From Candidatus Saccharimonadota bacterium (lineage in GTDB: Bacteria > Patescibacteriota > Saccharimonadia > Saccharimonadales > UBA4665): a stretch of DNA of 32,000 nucleotides. The position numbers were made by a program, and so were the translations under genes. Of this stretch, positions 12,976 to 21,356 are shown one piece after another. Each line of letters starts with the position of its first letter. Position 1 is the first letter of the stretch. Where the stretch lies: positions 630,001 through 662,000 of the forward strand of contig OY970322.1 in NCBI GenBank assembly GCA_963716945.1, given 5' to 3'. The notes under the pieces were generated by a model. The model did not search any database and was not told where the DNA came from. It saw only the letters and a list, made by a program, of their open reading frames with translations.

Positions 12976-14235
12976 ATGCTCTTGCTGAAGACCGCGCGGT
13001 TTGTTGGTACAATAATTAATGCTATGCAGGATGACGCGCCGAATCCGCCGCCAGATGAACCGACCGTTGAGCCCGTCGACGAACCGACAGACGAAACCGG
13101 CAAATCCGCGGTTACGCCCTTGCCCGGGCCGCAAGAAACGCTACCGGTTCCGGCGCCCAAACCGCCGCGCAACTGGAAGCGATGGCGCAAAGTAGCGGGC
13201 CTCGTAGTTCTGATTATTATCGTCGCGGTTGGGGCCTGGCTGTGGGGCCGGCATGGCGGCCCGCCCAAAAAAGCCGCTTCGACGGCCAGCCAAGCCGTAA
13301 CGATGCCTAAGAAAACTGCGGCGGCTGCGGCCAAAGTCCAAGGCGTCCAGCTCGACCCGAACAAGGATTACGGCAACAAATACGCCAACGGCATCCTGCC
13401 CGTCGGTGACGGCAAATACGTTACGTCCGGCCCTAAGCAGGGCTATGTCTATGCCTGCAGCCAGTATGCCCAGAACCTGTCCGGCGGCCAGGGCGGCGCC
13501 AGTACCCGCGGGCCGTGGTTCACGGATAATAACACCGAGTATAACGTCAACGAGAAGCTGCATGTCGAGGGCAGCGTCATGTGGCAGGCCAGCTTTTCGG
13601 ACGTCCTGTCCGGCGGTACGCGGACTATCATTACTAATGATTTGCCCGACCACCCGACCGGTATTTTCCCGATTATGACGACCGACCCGGCCTACGCTTA
13701 TGACCACAACCCCAATACCATTAAGGGCCAGACCCTGACCTACGTCCTCAATGCCGACCCGGTTTACGGTTCGCCCAGCTGTATGGGCGGCGAATCGGGC
13801 ATCATGCTGACCGGCGTGGCGCTGTTTAACGCCTTTGATGCCGGCGGGCGTGACGCCGGGGCCTGGGAAGTCCAGGACGCGTGCGACGGGCATCCGCAAA
13901 CGGACGGCATTTACCACTACCATACCTTGAGCGCTTGCATCAAAGACACCAGTGTCCGGACCGTCATCGGCTATGCCCTCGACGGCTTCCCGATTACCGG
14001 GCCGGAGGTCGGGCCGAATAATATCCTGACGACGTCGGACCTCGACGAGTGCCATGGCCTGACCAGCCAGATTAACCTCGACGGCAAGCTGGTTACGATG
14101 TACCACTATGTCATGACGGAGGATTTTCCGTACTCCGTCAGCTGTTTCCGCGGTACGGCTATCCAGCCGCCTGACCTGGCGCTAGCCCGGCCAAGCCAGT
14201 CCGGCCAAGGGCAAAAGGCGCCGCCTAAGCCTTAG
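12976..14235 (+). CDS. YHYH-motif protein, membrane-anchored (alternative start ATG 13024)
   Basis: It has a Pro-rich N-terminus, a TM helix (VAGLVVLIIIVAVGAWLW), and then the signature DGIYHYHTLSAC plus a second MYHYVMT. A possible TTGAAC-17-TTAATA promoter lies at 12936-12964. Confidence 0.8.
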   Translation: MLLLKTARFVGTIINAMQDDAPNPPPDEPTVEPVDEPTDETGKSAVTPLPGPQETLPVPAPKPPRNWKRWRKVAGLVVLIIIVAVGAWLWGRHGGPPKKAASTASQAVTMPKKTAAAAAKVQGVQLDPNKDYGNKYANGILPVGDGKYVTSGPKQGYVYACSQYAQNLSGGQGGASTRGPWFTDNNTEYNVNEKLHVEGSVMWQASFSDVLSGGTRTIITNDLPDHPTGIFPIMTTDPAYAYDHNPNTIKGQTLTYVLNADPVYGSPSCMGGESGIMLTGVALFNAFDAGGRDAGAWEVQDACDGHPQTDGIYHYHTLSACIKDTSVRTVIGYALDGFPITGPEVGPNNILTTSDLDECHGLTSQINLDGKLVTMYHYVMTEDFPYSVSCFRGTAIQPPDLALARPSQSGQGQKAPPKP

Positions 14236-14696
14236 CGGACGGATTTGAGGGCGGCAGCCGTGCGGCGGGCGTCGTCGCGGGCCTTGAGGGTTTGGCGTTT
14301 GTCGTAGCGTTTCTTGCCGCGGCCGACCGACAGGCGGAGTTTGATGAAGCGGCCGCCGGTCAGGATTTCCAGCGGGACGATGGTTTTACCCTGTTGTTTG
14401 GCGGCTATGAGGGCTTCGATTTCGCGGCGTTTGGCCAGCAGTTTGCGGGCCCGGGTCTGGTCGGTTTCGTTAATCGGGATGCCGGACGTGCCTGAGATAG
14501 TGGCGTTTATCAGGAAGAGCTCGCCCTGCTTGACGGTGACGTAGGCGCCCCGCAATTGGCCGTGGCCCATGCGCAGGGCCTTGGTCTCGGCCCCGCTCAG
14601 TTCCAGGCCCGCCACCAAAGAGTCGCCGAGCTCGTAATCGTGGCTGGCGCGGCGGTTGGTGATGCGCTTGGTCTGGTGGGGCTTCTTCTTGGCCAT
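14232..14696 (-). CDS. smpB: SsrA-binding protein SmpB
   Basis: The sequence NRRASHDYELGDSLVAGLELSGAETKALR...RARKLLAKRREIEAL...GKTIVPLEIL...GRGKKRYDKR is the SmpB pattern. I place the start at ATG 14696 (MAKKKPHQ). A -10 TACAAT (14709-14704) lies 7 nt upstream. Confidence 0.9.
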   Translation of the reverse strand: MAKKKPHQTKRITNRRASHDYELGDSLVAGLELSGAETKALRMGHGQLRGAYVTVKQGELFLINATISGTSGIPINETDQTRARKLLAKRREIEALIAAKQQGKTIVPLEILTGGRFIKLRLSVGRGKKRYDKRQTLKARDDARRTAAALKSVR

Positions 14697-14760
14697 AACG
14701 CTTATTGTAACTGAGGAGCCGATTATAGACAAGAGGTATATTTAATTATATAATAATTAT

Positions 14761-15300
14761 GTGAACCGTATATTCGCTGAGACCGCAGACTATGCCCGGG
14801 CCGAGTTAATCGATGTTATGTCAGGCGTAGTAACGCGGTTTCCTAGCCTGCGCCATATAAGCGAGAATCTTGATTCGCCTTCTCACGTTTCGGCGCGCTG
14901 GCGTCATTCATCAGTCCCGGCCGCGGCGATTACGAACTGGGTAAGCTACGCGGGTATTGCTGAGTCCGGCCGGCGACCCAAGGACTATCCGGAAGCCGCT
15001 ATACTGGGGATTTCGAAAGAAGAAGTCGATGCTTACGCTGCTGAACATGGCGGCCAGCACGCCGTCGCGTATGTCCTGGGGAGCCGGGTCATTATAGGTA
15101 CCATGCTAGAAGATGAAATCTTCGGCGTCAGTGAGGATGGCGAGCAATACAGAGTGGCGATGGGTATCGGCAAGGGTGTCCTCCAGGCTACGGCCGGGCT
15201 GTACCTACCTCATAAAAGGCTGTGGGTACCATCAGCGCCGATTGAGGATATGGGACGAATGCCGGCTGACCAGGTTCCAGTCACCGTTCCCTTCCTTTAA
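14761..15300 (+). CDS. Hypothetical protein (179 aa)
   Basis: The ORF has a GTG start 6 nt after TATAAT (14749-14754). No family recognised. It ends 4 nt from the convergent hydrolase gene. Confidence 0.55.
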   Translation: MNRIFAETADYARAELIDVMSGVVTRFPSLRHISENLDSPSHVSARWRHSSVPAAAITNWVSYAGIAESGRRPKDYPEAAILGISKEEVDAYAAEHGGQHAVAYVLGSRVIIGTMLEDEIFGVSEDGEQYRVAMGIGKGVLQATAGLYLPHKRLWVPSAPIEDMGRMPADQVPVTVPFL

Positions 15301-15304
15301 ATTA

Positions 15305-16405
15305 TTACTGGTTAGCGGCGAATTCCTGCTTGGCAGTGTTCATCAGGCTGGGGTCGTGCAGGACTTGGGCGCGGTAGTACCAGTATTCGGCGCCCCAGAG
15401 GTCGATGTTGCGCATGCCGGTGGCTTTGCCGTAATTGACGACGGCTTTGAAGCGCTGGGCGTTGAATGACTTGTTCTGCTCGGCCAGGCTGGTTTGGGGG
15501 ACGGTTTTGCCGTCCGGCGCCCAGGCTTCGGCCTGGAGTTCGCCGATCATCATGTCCTTGTGGTCGGCCAGTTTTTGCCAGCCGGCCAGGAAGCCGTAGA
15601 ACCAGGCCGGGAACGGGTATTCCAAATAGCGGTGCGTCACGCCGGCATCCCAGACGCGGCGGTAAATCGAGATGCTGAACATGTCCGGCTGCGGCTGCTT
15701 GACCGGAATGCCGACGGCGTTGTCGCTGCGGGCGACAATAACCGGGTGCTTCGGGTCAAGTTTCTTGACCAGGTCGTATTCGCTGATCAGGCGTTGGCGG
15801 TCGAAGTTGGTGCAAGTGCCGAAACCCTGCAGGAAGTATTCGTTCTCGACTTGGTAGGCTTCCAGGCTGGGCGAATTCTTGTAACGCTGGACGACCTTTT
15901 GCATGAAGGCTTCAAGTTGCGGCTGCCATTGGCTGTCGGGGGCATTGGTATTGACCCAAGACGGCGAGTGGCACTCCGGCCAGCGCGGCTGCCGCAGACC
16001 GACGGTCAGGATAATCTTGGCGTGGGCGGCTTCGGCCTTCTGGAATTCCCAGTCCAGCTGGCTGAAGTCGTACTGTCCCGGCGCCGGCTCCATGTCGCTC
16101 CAGTAGCTGACCAGGCGGAACTGCTTGACGCCGATGCCGATCAGGGCATCCATGGCCTGCTCCGGGTTGACGCCGAGGCTTTGGGCGTAATCGGGGATGA
16201 AGCTGACGCCCAGCTGCAGCGGCTTGCCCGATTCGGTATGGATATACCACTGGGCGATGCCGTACATCACGCTGACCAGCAGGAAAACGATGATAACTAT
16301 AACGCTGACGATCTTGTGCCACCAGTTCTTACGCCAGTAGCGGCCCGGCCAACGTTTTAAGCTGGATGCCAGCCGGTTGATATACATTGGGACAGGCTTT
16401 GCCAT
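15305..16405 (-). CDS. Membrane-anchored TIM-barrel glycoside hydrolase (GH5/GH42-like clan GH-A)
   Basis: It has an N-terminal TM helix (IVSVIVIIVFLLVSVMYGI). VENEYF is an acid/base-type motif, GELQAE is a candidate nucleophile, and the YWSDMEP/QYDFSQLD pattern is typical of cellulase-like barrels. Confidence 0.7.
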   Translation of the reverse strand: MAKPVPMYINRLASSLKRWPGRYWRKNWWHKIVSVIVIIVFLLVSVMYGIAQWYIHTESGKPLQLGVSFIPDYAQSLGVNPEQAMDALIGIGVKQFRLVSYWSDMEPAPGQYDFSQLDWEFQKAEAAHAKIILTVGLRQPRWPECHSPSWVNTNAPDSQWQPQLEAFMQKVVQRYKNSPSLEAYQVENEYFLQGFGTCTNFDRQRLISEYDLVKKLDPKHPVIVARSDNAVGIPVKQPQPDMFSISIYRRVWDAGVTHRYLEYPFPAWFYGFLAGWQKLADHKDMMIGELQAEAWAPDGKTVPQTSLAEQNKSFNAQRFKAVVNYGKATGMRNIDLWGAEYWYYRAQVLHDPSLMNTAKQEFAANQ

Positions 16406-16425
16406 ATAATAAGTTTAAGGTTTCA

Positions 16426-17265
16426 ATGAAAATAAGTATTGTCATCCCAGTATACAATGAAGCGGCCCAGCTTGGGGCCTGCCTGTCGGCGATTGCCGCC
16501 CTGGACGTTGCACCCTACGAAGTGATCGTCGTCGACAATAACTCGACCGACGGGACGGCCGGCATCGCCGCGGCTTTCGGCTTCGTCAAGCTGCTGCGCG
16601 AGCCTAAGCAGGGCGTTGTCCATGCCCGCAACCGCGGTTTCGATGCCGCCCGCGGCGACATCATCGGCCGGATTGACGCCGATACTTTGCTGCCGGCCGG
16701 TTGGGCGGCCCAGGTTCTGGCTATTTTCGAGGACGAAACGGTGAGTGCCGTGTCGGGGGCACCGCATTATTATGATTTCGCCTTGGCCGGCTTGGCTGAC
16801 GCGGCCGACTTTTATGTCAGGGCCCGGCTGGCACGCAAGCTTGGCGACACTAACTTCTTGTGGGGCGCCAACATGGCCGTCCGCCGTTCGGACTGGCGCA
16901 AAGTCCGTTCCCTGTTGTGCGACCAAGGCCAGATGCACGAGGATTTCGACCTGGGCATCCACTTGCAGGCCATCGGCCTGAAAGTCGCTTATGACGAGAC
17001 GCTATTGGCCGGCGTGTCGTCCCGGCGGCTCGATACCAGTTTTGTAGACTATGTCCGCTACACCCTGGCCAGTCCCAGGACTTATGCCTTGCACGGTTTG
17101 CGCAGCCGCCGCCATATGTACCCGGTTCTGGCGCTGTGCTGGTTGATCTACGTGCCGGGCCGCGTGATCTACCGCGGTTACGACCCGGCGACGGGCACTT
17201 TTTCGTGGAACCAATTGCTGGCTGCCGGCAGTTCGCGCGTCGATCCGACCATCAACGTCGCCTAG
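16426..17265 (+). CDS. Glycosyltransferase family 2
   Basis: MKISIVIPVYNEAAQLGACL...YEVIVVDNNSTDGT is the classic GT2 N-terminus, and a DxD-like RIDADT is present. I place the start at ATG 16426 rather than the track's 16387. Confidence 0.85.
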   Translation: MKISIVIPVYNEAAQLGACLSAIAALDVAPYEVIVVDNNSTDGTAGIAAAFGFVKLLREPKQGVVHARNRGFDAARGDIIGRIDADTLLPAGWAAQVLAIFEDETVSAVSGAPHYYDFALAGLADAADFYVRARLARKLGDTNFLWGANMAVRRSDWRKVRSLLCDQGQMHEDFDLGIHLQAIGLKVAYDETLLAGVSSRRLDTSFVDYVRYTLASPRTYALHGLRSRRHMYPVLALCWLIYVPGRVIYRGYDPATGTFSWNQLLAAGSSRVDPTINVA

Positions 17266-17840
17266 GCCTGAGGATTGGAAACGTAGCCGCCGCTATCGGT
17301 CGGTATCGGGTGGCAGCTGGCCCAGAGGCCCTGGCGGGCAGCCATGGCTGACTGTTCGTCGGCTGAGAATTGCGCCGATTTGGTAAATGGGAAATAGGGG
17401 TAATAAAAACCGTAGCCTTCCTGGATCAGCTTCTCATTGACCAGCGTGCCGTCCGGCAGGTAAACGTAGCGCAACAGGCGGCCGTAACGGTCGCGGTCGG
17501 TGCTTAACGAATCCGAAACCAGCCTGACCGGGCGGCTGCCGATAATGCTCTTGGTGAAAGCGGCCGCGGCCGGACCGTAGCACTGGACCGGCGTGTCGGG
17601 CTTATGGGTTTCGGGCGTGTCGACACCGACGAAACGGACCTTTTCGACCTTGCCGTTCATGTTGACTGCGATGGTATCGCCGTCAACGAAATGGTTTATG
17701 CCGTACAACCCGGGCTGGGCGCCGATTGCCGCTCGGCCGGCCCGGCCGAGCCAGTCTGCCCTATGGACAACCAGCAGGCTGCCCGCGATTAGCAGTACTA
17801 AGGTCCAGACGTAAGGTTGGCGGTAGTAGCGTTTGCCCAT
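17262..17840 (-). CDS. Thermonuclease (staphylococcal nuclease/SNase family), membrane-anchored
   Basis: VDGDTIAV...VRFVGVDTPET...DRYGRLLRYVY...NEKLIQEGY is the SNase signature, with an N-terminal TM helix. ATG 17840 lies 1 nt after the upstream gene's stop. Confidence 0.85.
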   Translation of the reverse strand: MGKRYYRQPYVWTLVLLIAGSLLVVHRADWLGRAGRAAIGAQPGLYGINHFVDGDTIAVNMNGKVEKVRFVGVDTPETHKPDTPVQCYGPAAAAFTKSIIGSRPVRLVSDSLSTDRDRYGRLLRYVYLPDGTLVNEKLIQEGYGFYYPYFPFTKSAQFSADEQSAMAARQGLWASCHPIPTDSGGYVSNPQA

Positions 17841-17841
17841 G

Positions 17842-18354
17842 CTAGGCACTAACTAACGACATTACCTCCTGGCGGTCAAGTTTCAGACCGTTAATTTTAA
17901 TGTATTCTTCATGTTCGCCGGGCGGTTCAAGCTTGGCGACGATCGATTCGAACTGCTCTTCGGTCATGCCGACCTGGTAGCCGTTGCGGCTGTCGGTGGC
18001 GTTGACGGCCCGGCGTTTGGCGGTTTCTTTGGGCAGCGTAATCCATAACAAGACCGTTTCGGCGCCGTTGCGGGCAGCGATGTCGCGCATTTTTTGCCGG
18101 TCGGCGTAGAAGTTAAAATTCGTGTCATAAACAACGCTTTTGCCGGCCGCCAACAGCTCGGCGGCCCGCCGGTTCAGCCGGTCGTAGAGCTCCAGGCTTT
18201 CGGCCTGCGAGTGCGTCGGCTGTTTGAAGAGCTTGTGCCGCTCGGCATCGGCCCAGACGTGTACCGCCCCCGTGGCTTCGGCGATTATTTTGGCAGCGGT
18301 AGTCTTGCCGGCACCCGGGTAGCCGATGAACAGGTACAGCTTCGGTTTAGTCAT
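17842..18354 (-). CDS. P-loop kinase (AAA_33 / zeta-toxin-like ATP-binding protein)
   Basis: The Walker A motif is FIGYPGAGKTT. I place the start at ATG 18354 (MTKPKLYL; the alternative is 18360). A -10 TACAAT (18367-18362) lies 7 nt upstream. The rest of the track ORF overlaps the upstream gene. Confidence 0.75.
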   Translation of the reverse strand: MTKPKLYLFIGYPGAGKTTAAKIIAEATGAVHVWADAERHKLFKQPTHSQAESLELYDRLNRRAAELLAAGKSVVYDTNFNFYADRQKMRDIAARNGAETVLLWITLPKETAKRRAVNATDSRNGYQVGMTEEQFESIVAKLEPPGEHEEYIKINGLKLDRQEVMSLVSA

Positions 18355-18422
18355 AACCATTATTGTAGCAAAGCCGGCCCCAGACTTGACAAGTCGTGTT
18401 AACGTATTTCTTAAATATATTT

Positions 18423-18992
18423 CTAGAAGTCGATACCCTTGTTGGCCAAGAACTTGTCGTCGAAATGGTGCTTGAGCTTGTGCATGTCGGTGGCGATATC
18501 GACTTGGCCGAGCAGCTTTTCCGGAAAGTTCCGGCCGGTCAGGCACAGGCTGGTCTTGGGCGACCGGTTATCAATAAGTTTTTCCAGATGCTTAAGGCTT
18601 AGCAGCCCGTCGTTGACGGCATTATTGATCTCATCGCAGATGACCAGGTCGTAGTCGCCGCTGGCGGCGCAGTGCAGCGCTTCGGCGTAGGTCTCGAGGG
18701 CGGCGGCACGATGCTGCTCGTCACTGATATGCTGTTCGCTCAGGTCGCCCGCCTGGTAAAAGCCCTTGCCGCCCTTGTAAAAGTGCAACTGGTCCTTGAA
18801 TAGGGGCTGGATGTCGCGGATAAAGACGTGCTCGCCGACGCCCCAGTACTTGATGAACTGGATAAAGGCCACCTTGGAGCGGTTACCGAGCGCGCGGGCC
18901 AACAGCCCGAGCGAGGCGCTGGTCTTGCCTTTGCCGTCGCCGGTGTAAATGATTACGACCGAGTCCTTGGTCTTATAATCCTCAAAAGCCAT
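18423..18992 (-). CDS. Cob(I)yrinic acid a,c-diamide adenosyltransferase-like protein (CobO/BtuR family)
   Basis: The P-loop-like segment YTGDGKGKTSASLGLLARALG is followed by VAFIQFIK...GE and LVICDEIN, as in CobA/CobO/BtuR proteins. Confidence 0.8.
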   Translation of the reverse strand: MAFEDYKTKDSVVIIYTGDGKGKTSASLGLLARALGNRSKVAFIQFIKYWGVGEHVFIRDIQPLFKDQLHFYKGGKGFYQAGDLSEQHISDEQHRAAALETYAEALHCAASGDYDLVICDEINNAVNDGLLSLKHLEKLIDNRSPKTSLCLTGRNFPEKLLGQVDIATDMHKLKHHFDDKFLANKGIDF

Positions 18993-19008
18993 ACTTAATA
19001 TAGTATAG

Positions 19009-19260
19009 CTAAACGAGTTTGTGGGCTTTGAGGGCGGCGTCGATGCGCGGGCGGTCGAAGCCGATGATGATGTCGCCGCCGATGTCGAGGACGGGGATGC
19101 CGCGCTGGTCGGATTTCTCGACGGCTTCCAGGCCGGCGGCCGGGTCTTTCTCGACGTCCTTATCGGTGTATTTAACGCCGAGTTTGTCGAGGTATTCCAT
19201 CGCCGCGTGGCAAAAGGCGCACCATGTCGCGCTATAGACGGTTACTTGCGGGTTACTCAT
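19009..19260 (-). CDS. Glutaredoxin-like protein (NrdH/YruB type)
   Basis: It is 83 aa, with a CxxC active site (WCAFC) after a beta strand (VTVYSA) and a GIPVL cis-Pro region. Confidence 0.85.
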   Translation of the reverse strand: MSNPQVTVYSATWCAFCHAAMEYLDKLGVKYTDKDVEKDPAAGLEAVEKSDQRGIPVLDIGGDIIIGFDRPRIDAALKAHKLV

Positions 19261-19266
19261 GCCCTT

Positions 19267-19296
19267 ATAGTATCACTATACTTTGTAAAGTGTCAA
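19267..19296 (-). promoter_or_regulatory. Putative leaderless promoter of the glutaredoxin-like gene
   Basis: Minus strand: TTGACA (19296-19291), 18 nt, TACTAT (19272-19267), then 6 nt to ATG 19260. Confidence 0.5.
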
Positions 19297-19321
19297 TCAC
19301 CTCTGGTTTTGGGACTAGGGG

Positions 19322-19358
19322 TTGCGTGATATAGATCACATCTGTTATACTAAGCGTA
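19322..19358 (+). promoter_or_regulatory. Putative atp operon promoter (leaderless) with an inverted repeat in the spacer
   Basis: TTGCGT (19322-19327), 18 nt, TATACT (19346-19351), then 7 nt to ATG 19359. The inverted repeat GTGAT-ATAG-ATCAC lies at 19326-19339. Confidence 0.5.
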
Positions 19359-19670
19359 ATGACTAAGACGACCGCGCCTAGCAAGACGCCCTCGCCTGCC
19401 GAAACGGCAAAGCCTCACTCCGCGATGGGCGACACCAAAAGCCCGACTATGGTATTTATCGGCGCAGCACTTGATATGAGCTGGCGGCTGGCTATCGTGG
19501 TTCTGGTGCCGGTCATCGGCGGTTTTGCGCTTGACCGCCACTTTGACACCAGCCCGTTGTGGAGCCTTGCCGGTTGCGGATTGGCGGTTGCCGGCGTGAT
19601 TGGCGTTATCAGGCAGATGCTCCGCGAAGTCAGCCAAATGCCGGTAACGAATAAGGGGCAGCACTCATGA
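19359..19670 (+). CDS. AtpZ/AtpI-like small membrane protein of the ATP synthase operon
   Basis: It occupies the first position in the atp operon and has two TM helices (WRLAIVVLVPVIGGFALD and LAGCGLAVAGVIGVI). Its stop overlaps the atpB start (ATGA). Confidence 0.7.
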   Translation: MTKTTAPSKTPSPAETAKPHSAMGDTKSPTMVFIGAALDMSWRLAIVVLVPVIGGFALDRHFDTSPLWSLAGCGLAVAGVIGVIRQMLREVSQMPVTNKGQHS

Positions 19671-20530
19671 TCGGCGGACTGCTAACCCATTTCGGCGACA
19701 GCGGCCCGGTGGTACATGTCTCGCCGTTGCCGGTTTTTCACCTCGGCGGTCTTACGATTACCAACTCGATTCTCTATGGCTGGGTTTGCGCCGCGGCCAT
19801 TTGCGTGCTGATGATTGCGGCCGCCCGCCGGGTGACGGTCAAGCCTAAAGGCGGCCTGGTGCAGTTCATCGAAGTCGGCGTCGACTTTATTACCAACCTC
19901 GTCGAGAGCGCCTTTGACAATAAGGAAGTCGGGCGCAAGTACGTGCCGTTCTTCGTGACTATATTTTTCTTCATCCTGCTTAATAACTGGCTTGGGCTGC
20001 TGCCAATCGTCGGCGAAGGCTTCCAGTCCGGCGGCAACCCGCTGCTGCGGCCTTTCACCGGTGACCTTGACGGGACTTTCGCCATGGGCGTGGTGACTAT
20101 GGCGCTGGTCTACGGGGCTTCGATTCGTGAATCCGGCGGCCTGCGCCGTTATCTCCGGCATTTCTTCGTCGGCAGCCCGGCCAACCCCCTGTATCTGGTG
20201 ATCGGCATCCTGGAAATGTTTACCGATCTGACTCGGGTGCTCAGCCTGTCGCTCCGGCTTTTCCTGAACGTGACCATCGGCGAGATCGTAATCGCCGTGT
20301 TCGCTTATCTGGGCCACGTCTTGGCGCCGCTGACGGCCCTGCCCTTTACGCTCATCGAACTGTTCATTGCGGCCCTGCAAGCCTATATTTTTACCGTTCT
20401 GGCGACCATGTACCTGGCTATCGCCGTTAACCACGCCGGCGAGCACGCCGGGGACGTGGACTTGACCGAAGATGACGTTCCTGAAACAATGGGGGCAACA
20501 GCCTCGGGAGCAGCGCATGGGCAGGCTTAA
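19667..20530 (+). CDS. atpB: F0F1 ATP synthase subunit a
   Basis: It is polytopic. The essential Arg motif LSLSLRLFLN is present, and operon position fits. Confidence 0.92.
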   Translation: MIGGLLTHFGDSGPVVHVSPLPVFHLGGLTITNSILYGWVCAAAICVLMIAAARRVTVKPKGGLVQFIEVGVDFITNLVESAFDNKEVGRKYVPFFVTIFFFILLNNWLGLLPIVGEGFQSGGNPLLRPFTGDLDGTFAMGVVTMALVYGASIRESGGLRRYLRHFFVGSPANPLYLVIGILEMFTDLTRVLSLSLRLFLNVTIGEIVIAVFAYLGHVLAPLTALPFTLIELFIAALQAYIFTVLATMYLAIAVNHAGEHAGDVDLTEDDVPETMGATASGAAHGQA

Positions 20531-20575
20531 GGACGGCATCGAAATAAGTAAGTTAAATAAGGAGTTAATCAAATA

Positions 20576-20803
20576 ATGGTAATCGCAGACGCAGTCAACA
20601 CAGCAATTATTGGTAAAGGCCTGATGATCGGCGGCGGTTTCGTCGGTCCCGGCATCGGTATCGGCCTGATCGGCGGCAACTATTTGCAGGCCGTCGGGCG
20701 CAATCCGGAAGCGGCTAAGTTCCTTGGCCAGGCCCTGATTTTCGTGGCCATCGTCGAGCTTTTCGGGCTTCTGGCTTTCGCATCAATTTTCATCGTCAAA
20801 TAA
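20576..20803 (+). CDS. atpE: F0F1 ATP synthase subunit c
   Basis: It is a 75-aa hairpin with an RNPE loop and the carboxylate in AIVELFGL. GGAG lies upstream. Confidence 0.92.
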   Translation: MVIADAVNTAIIGKGLMIGGGFVGPGIGIGLIGGNYLQAVGRNPEAAKFLGQALIFVAIVELFGLLAFASIFIVK

Positions 20804-20822
20804 AGGACTAATTCGAGACTAA

Positions 20823-21356
20823 ATGCTACACGCTTTCATGAACTTCGGTGACAGCTCTTCCGGTCTCGGCGCTTTGGGCGTCGACGGCCAGGCTTTTCTA
20901 ATCCAGTTGATTACTTTCATACTGGCTTTCCTGGTGCTGCAGCGCTGGGCTTTCGGTCCGATTCTCAAGGTCTTGCGCGAACGCCGCGAAACCATTGAGA
21001 GCGGTGTCAAGCTCGGCGAGCAAATGCAGAAGGACAAGGCCGAACTGGAGGCCAAAGTCGAAAAGACCCTGCACGAAACCCGGCAGCAGGCCGACGCCAT
21101 CATCGGGGGCGCCCAGGACACGGCCCGCCAGACCGTCCGCGAGGCCGAAGACAAGGCCCGCGAAAAAGCGGCCGGCATCCTCAAGGACGCCGAGGAGCGG
21201 ATTGCCCAGGACACGGCCCGCGCCCGGCAGAAACTGGAGAAGGACCTGGTCGGTTTGATTTCCGACGCGACCGAAGCCATTATTGACGAAAAAGTCGACG
21301 CCAAGAAGGACGCCCAGCTGATTGACCGTGCGCTCAAGGAGCGGCAGACGGCATGA
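20823..21356 (+). CDS. atpF: F0F1 ATP synthase subunit b
   Basis: It has an N-terminal TM helix followed by a long charged coiled coil, and operon position fits. ATGA overlap with atpH. Confidence 0.85.
   Translation: MLHAFMNFGDSSSGLGALGVDGQAFLIQLITFILAFLVLQRWAFGPILKVLRERRETIESGVKLGEQMQKDKAELEAKVEKTLHETRQQADAIIGGAQDTARQTVREAEDKAREKAAGILKDAEERIAQDTARARQKLEKDLVGLISDATEAIIDEKVDAKKDAQLIDRALKERQTA

Noticed and set aside
13141-14106. 321-aa minus-strand ORF
   Set aside because: It is antisense to the YHYH-motif gene. It has the Arg/Gly/Ala-rich composition typical of a GC-rich shadow frame and matches no recognisable family.
15494-16360. 288-aa plus-strand ORF (and nested ORFs 15466..15678 and 15912..16322)
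   Set aside because: It is antisense to, or nested within, the glycoside hydrolase gene, which carries clear catalytic motifs. It is a shadow frame.
19682-20572. 296-aa minus-strand ORF
   Set aside because: It is antisense to atpB, which is unambiguous.
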